A DNA stretch of 44,052 bases, from contig CAYVWS010000002.1 of the NCBI GenBank assembly GCA_964455535.1, forward strand, positions 1-44,052. The letters run 5' to 3'. Position numbers and translations under genes: made by a program. Source of the stretch: an uncultured Ignavibacteriales bacterium (lineage in GTDB: Bacteria > Zixibacteria > MSB-5A5 > GN15 > FEB-12). Each line of letters begins with the position of its first letter. Position 1 is the first letter of the stretch. The notes below the pieces were generated by a model. The model did no database searches and was not told the origin of the DNA. It saw only the letters and a list, made by a program, of their open reading frames with translations. Shown here piece after piece: positions 41,526-44,052 of the stretch.

Positions 41526-44052
41526 ATGCGCATGTTCATCACCATATTATTTGCAGCGCTTGTGCATTGCGCATCAACTCTGGCCACCACAAGATTTACA
41601 TCATCCAACACGACCTGGTCGGCGCTGGCGCCAATTTCAACAGACACGGTCTACATCCGAGCCGCTCACACGATCACGGTCGATGTGAACAATGTCACGC
41701 GCTCATGCGCCGCACTCGTCGACAGCGGCACGGTATCATGGCAGTCGGGCAAACGACTCAATATCGGCGCGGTTCTTCTTGTCGGCACCATGACGATGAT
41801 TTCCGGCGACACCTTGAATGTGTACAACGAAGACCTCCTCGGTGCCGACGATTTGAGCATCATCAATGCCGGCCGACTCACCGGGGTTGGCACAACTGCA
41901 TTCCCCGTGCTGATACGAGGGAATACATCGAATGGCACCTTGCCTTCGGTCGTTGTCTCCGGCGCGTCGGCTCGCTGTTATCTTCGTCGTTTCGATTGTC
42001 GCGGTTTTCAGGGGAGCTGGCCGAGCGCGGGAGTGACATTCAACAGCACCGACGCCGCCAATATCAGTATGCGCCACGGCCGCTTCGATTCGGCTTCGGT
42101 TTCATTTCGATTGACCGGCGGCCACTGTCTGGTCGGCTGCCGCATGACCACCTACGGCGGCATGAATCGCGCCATCACGCTTCAGTCCAGCCTCGGCGAT
42201 TCGATCATCGGATGCCGCATCGTACACAACGCGGTCGGCAGCGGAAACTTCGCCGGCGCGCAGGGAATATACGTCTGGTCGGACAACACCTACATCTACG
42301 GCTGCAATATCAAAGACTCGAACTTCACGGGAGCGTGGGGGGGAGATTATGGCATCGCGCTGGAGCAGAATGTCGGCGGCACGCGCATCATCGCCGACAC
42401 CGTCTCGGGTTTTGAGTTCACCATTGCAACACCCGGCGGTAATCACCCCAATGTCCGCATACAGTATTGCAAAGTTCAGTCGGGCGCCCATGAATCGATC
42501 ATTCTCCACAACGGCGACACCGGCTGGAAACTTTACTGTAACACAATCACCAGTTTCTCCTCGGGCGGCCGCTCCAGTGTCACCGTGTACTGCAATCAGA
42601 CCGGAGCTGCCGACGGGCTTGAGTTGCTGTACAACACGATTGTTTCCAACTACGGCGGCGCACCGGCTTCATCGGCGGTCGCGTTCGAGAACACGAGTGT
42701 AGGCAGTATTGCCTACAACAATATCAAGATGGTCGGCAATCTGCTGATCGGCGAAAACGCCGGTTTCAATCGCGCCGAAATCGTTCTGGGTACGACCGCG
42801 TCCCAAAGCGCGACCGTCAATTTTTCAGAATTCAAAGACAACGCCTTTGATTCGGTCTACTATTTCGGATCATCCGGCGCGACGTATCCGTACAACCGTC
42901 TCGACTCGAACTTGCACAATGCAACCGCATTTGTGTTCGTCGACTCGGTCGGCGGCGATTTTCGCTTGGGCGTCGGATCGCCGATGAAAAACGCCGGCGA
43001 CTCGGTTTACGGTTGTCTGGTTTACGGCGATTTCCGCGCCGCCACCCGGCCGTTTAATGTCGGCTCTGACCAAAACTTCCCGAACCGCTGGCGATATGCG
43101 AAATACTCGACCACCGGCCTGACCGATTCGGCCTGGATTCGCGTCGCTTGTCTTGCCTACTCCGGCTCCGATTCAACCGCTTTTGATTTTCTCGGCCGAA
43201 AATACGACCTCTGTATCAACGGTGATCGGTACATCGCGTCCGCACGCGCCCGGGATTCGATGGTCAAGAATATTATCTACACTACCCTGACTTCTTACCG
43301 AGCCGTCGACTACAACGACAAACTGATTTCGTTCCGTGATCGGTACTATCCGTCGCTTGCACTTGATTCATTCGCGCTGAAACTCAATTCCGATCCGGGA
43401 AGTGTACTCATACAGGGCCAGCAATCGACGTGCGCCTCAGTGTTGACCTCGGTCAGTTCCGGCGAGACAATCAAATTCTGTGGTTGGACCGAATCGGCGC
43501 GCTGGTGCCCCGACTTCCGACTCCCCATCGCCCAACGATACGTGCGCTACAAATCGCTGGCAGAAATAGCGGACATTAGCGACGGCATCATGCAGGATGA
43601 GGCCTCGATGTACAAAGCCGCGTACTGCTGCGGCAATCCGCAGGAAGAGTACGGCATGCTCTGGCCGTTTCAGTCGTCGTCATGGTCGCCCTCGGGTTCA
43701 TTTGCCAGAACGCGCGGCTGGGAAGGCAAGAGCTACAACCAAATTCGCGACAGTTTGATAACGCTGAAGCGAAAAGTGTGGGGCAAAGCGCTCGAGGACT
43801 CGCTGCGGCTGTACAATTTCTTGGGCTTCGGCAACTTCACAAACTATGCCTTGCCGCTCACCAGCGACGGTGACATGAGCGATCCGTACGGCGATGCCCG
43901 CGACTTCGGCGCGGGGCACCTCACGTTTGAAAATTCTCTGGCTCCGTTTGTTTACGGTCAAACCTGGAACAACTGGGCCTGGACCGCGATGGATTCGATA
44001 GCCGTCTGGGATACGGCTCAGATGATCGTTTGGACCACGATCGTTCCTTCGG
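41526..44052 (+). CDS. secreted right-handed parallel beta-helix repeat protein, 5' part (>=842 codons, runs off window end)
   Basis: Not in the ORF track. I translated frame 41526 by hand to 44052 and found no stop. GAGGA 9 nt upstream, 4 nt after the previous stop. Signal peptide MRMFITILFAALVHCASTLA. PbH1-like turns (GCRIVHNAVGSGNFAGAQGIYVWSDNTYIYGCNIKDSN, GIALEQNVGGTRIIADTVSG, ILHNGDTGWKLYCNTITS, AFENTSVGSIAYNNIKMVGNLLIGEN). Confidence 0.8.
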   Translation, partial: MRMFITILFAALVHCASTLATTRFTSSNTTWSALAPISTDTVYIRAAHTITVDVNNVTRSCAALVDSGTVSWQSGKRLNIGAVLLVGTMTMISGDTLNVYNEDLLGADDLSIINAGRLTGVGTTAFPVLIRGNTSNGTLPSVVVSGASARCYLRRFDCRGFQGSWPSAGVTFNSTDAANISMRHGRFDSASVSFRLTGGHCLVGCRMTTYGGMNRAITLQSSLGDSIIGCRIVHNAVGSGNFAGAQGIYVWSDNTYIYGCNIKDSNFTGAWGGDYGIALEQNVGGTRIIADTVSGFEFTIATPGGNHPNVRIQYCKVQSGAHESIILHNGDTGWKLYCNTITSFSSGGRSSVTVYCNQTGAADGLELLYNTIVSNYGGAPASSAVAFENTSVGSIAYNNIKMVGNLLIGENAGFNRAEIVLGTTASQSATVNFSEFKDNAFDSVYYFGSSGATYPYNRLDSNLHNATAFVFVDSVGGDFRLGVGSPMKNAGDSVYGCLVYGDFRAATRPFNVGSDQNFPNRWRYAKYSTTGLTDSAWIRVACLAYSGSDSTAFDFLGRKYDLCINGDRYIASARARDSMVKNIIYTTLTSYRAVDYNDKLISFRDRYYPSLALDSFALKLNSDPGSVLIQGQQSTCASVLTSVSSGETIKFCGWTESARWCPDFRLPIAQRYVRYKSLAEIADISDGIMQDEASMYKAAYCCGNPQEEYGMLWPFQSSSWSPSGSFARTRGWEGKSYNQIRDSLITLKRKVWGKALEDSLRLYNFLGFGNFTNYALPLTSDGDMSDPYGDARDFGAGHLTFENSLAPFVYGQTWNNWAWTAMDSIAVWDTAQMIVWTTIVPS

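Noticed and set aside
41567-42702. Track ORFs 41567..42415 (282 aa, plus) and 42349..42702 (117 aa, plus)
   Set aside because: They are out of frame inside the long open frame that starts at 41526. Their products are Arg/His/Ser-rich nonsense, whereas frame 41526 gives a signal peptide and beta-helix repeats with no stop to the window end.
1-44052. Search for CRISPR arrays, tRNA/rRNA genes, integrase or transposase genes and att-like direct repeats flanking the phage cassette
   Set aside because: None were recognised. The only periodic DNA (4913..5320 with an 18-nt period, and 13992..16163 with a ~130-nt period) is in-frame coding repeat rather than repeat-spacer architecture. I cannot exclude short att repeats without computation.

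Overview
44-kb chromosomal window, moderately GC-rich by eye, tightly packed with about 38 protein genes. I found no rRNA, tRNA, CRISPR array, transposase or integrase. OmpA-like, beta-barrel, lipoprotein and PEP-CTERM genes point to a diderm bacterium. The recurring C-terminal tag GN[IV]DCD..DISDLSALIDxLYIS resembles what I have seen in uncultured FCB-type lineages, but that is inference only. Layout: (1) 0.3-4.4 kb, minus strand: CRTAC1-like FG-GAP exoprotein, RsbW-like kinase, STAS antagonist, ECF sigma, anti-sigma. (2) 4.6-22 kb, envelope and exoprotein block: an OmpA-like protein coupled to a hexapeptide (Asp-Thr) repeat lipoprotein, a PQQ-like propeller, an OPT transporter and two GT-C glycosyltransferases. 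This block also holds a 908-aa protein (cupredoxin + 17 Cys6 repeats + dockerin-like tag) lying divergent to a VKOR-DsbA-DsbA fusion, which is translationally coupled to a dockerin-tagged PhoD phosphatase. (3) 22-27 kb, ordinary genes: DUF6614-like, VOC, OmpA lipoprotein, NDH-2, GT4, and a PD-(D/E)XK Fe-S nuclease. (4) 27.4-30.5 kb, minus strand: TPR protein, a small secreted cohesin-like candidate, and a PEP-CTERM protein bracketed by a 14-bp inverted repeat. (5) 30.8-40.8 kb: a phage-derived head-only cassette (portal, TerL, prohead protease fusion, scaffold-like, decoration, HK97-type capsid, connector candidates) with an antisense PEP-CTERM mini-gene and no recognisable tail, lysis, integrase or TerS genes. 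It runs without a break into two signal-peptide proteins, the last being an >840-codon beta-helix ORF that is missing from the ORF track because it leaves the window. The two strongest candidates for something undescribed are the Cys-clamped dockerin-like tag with its adjacent disulfide machinery (plus a possible cohesin-like partner), and the tail-less capsid cassette wired to secreted proteins.
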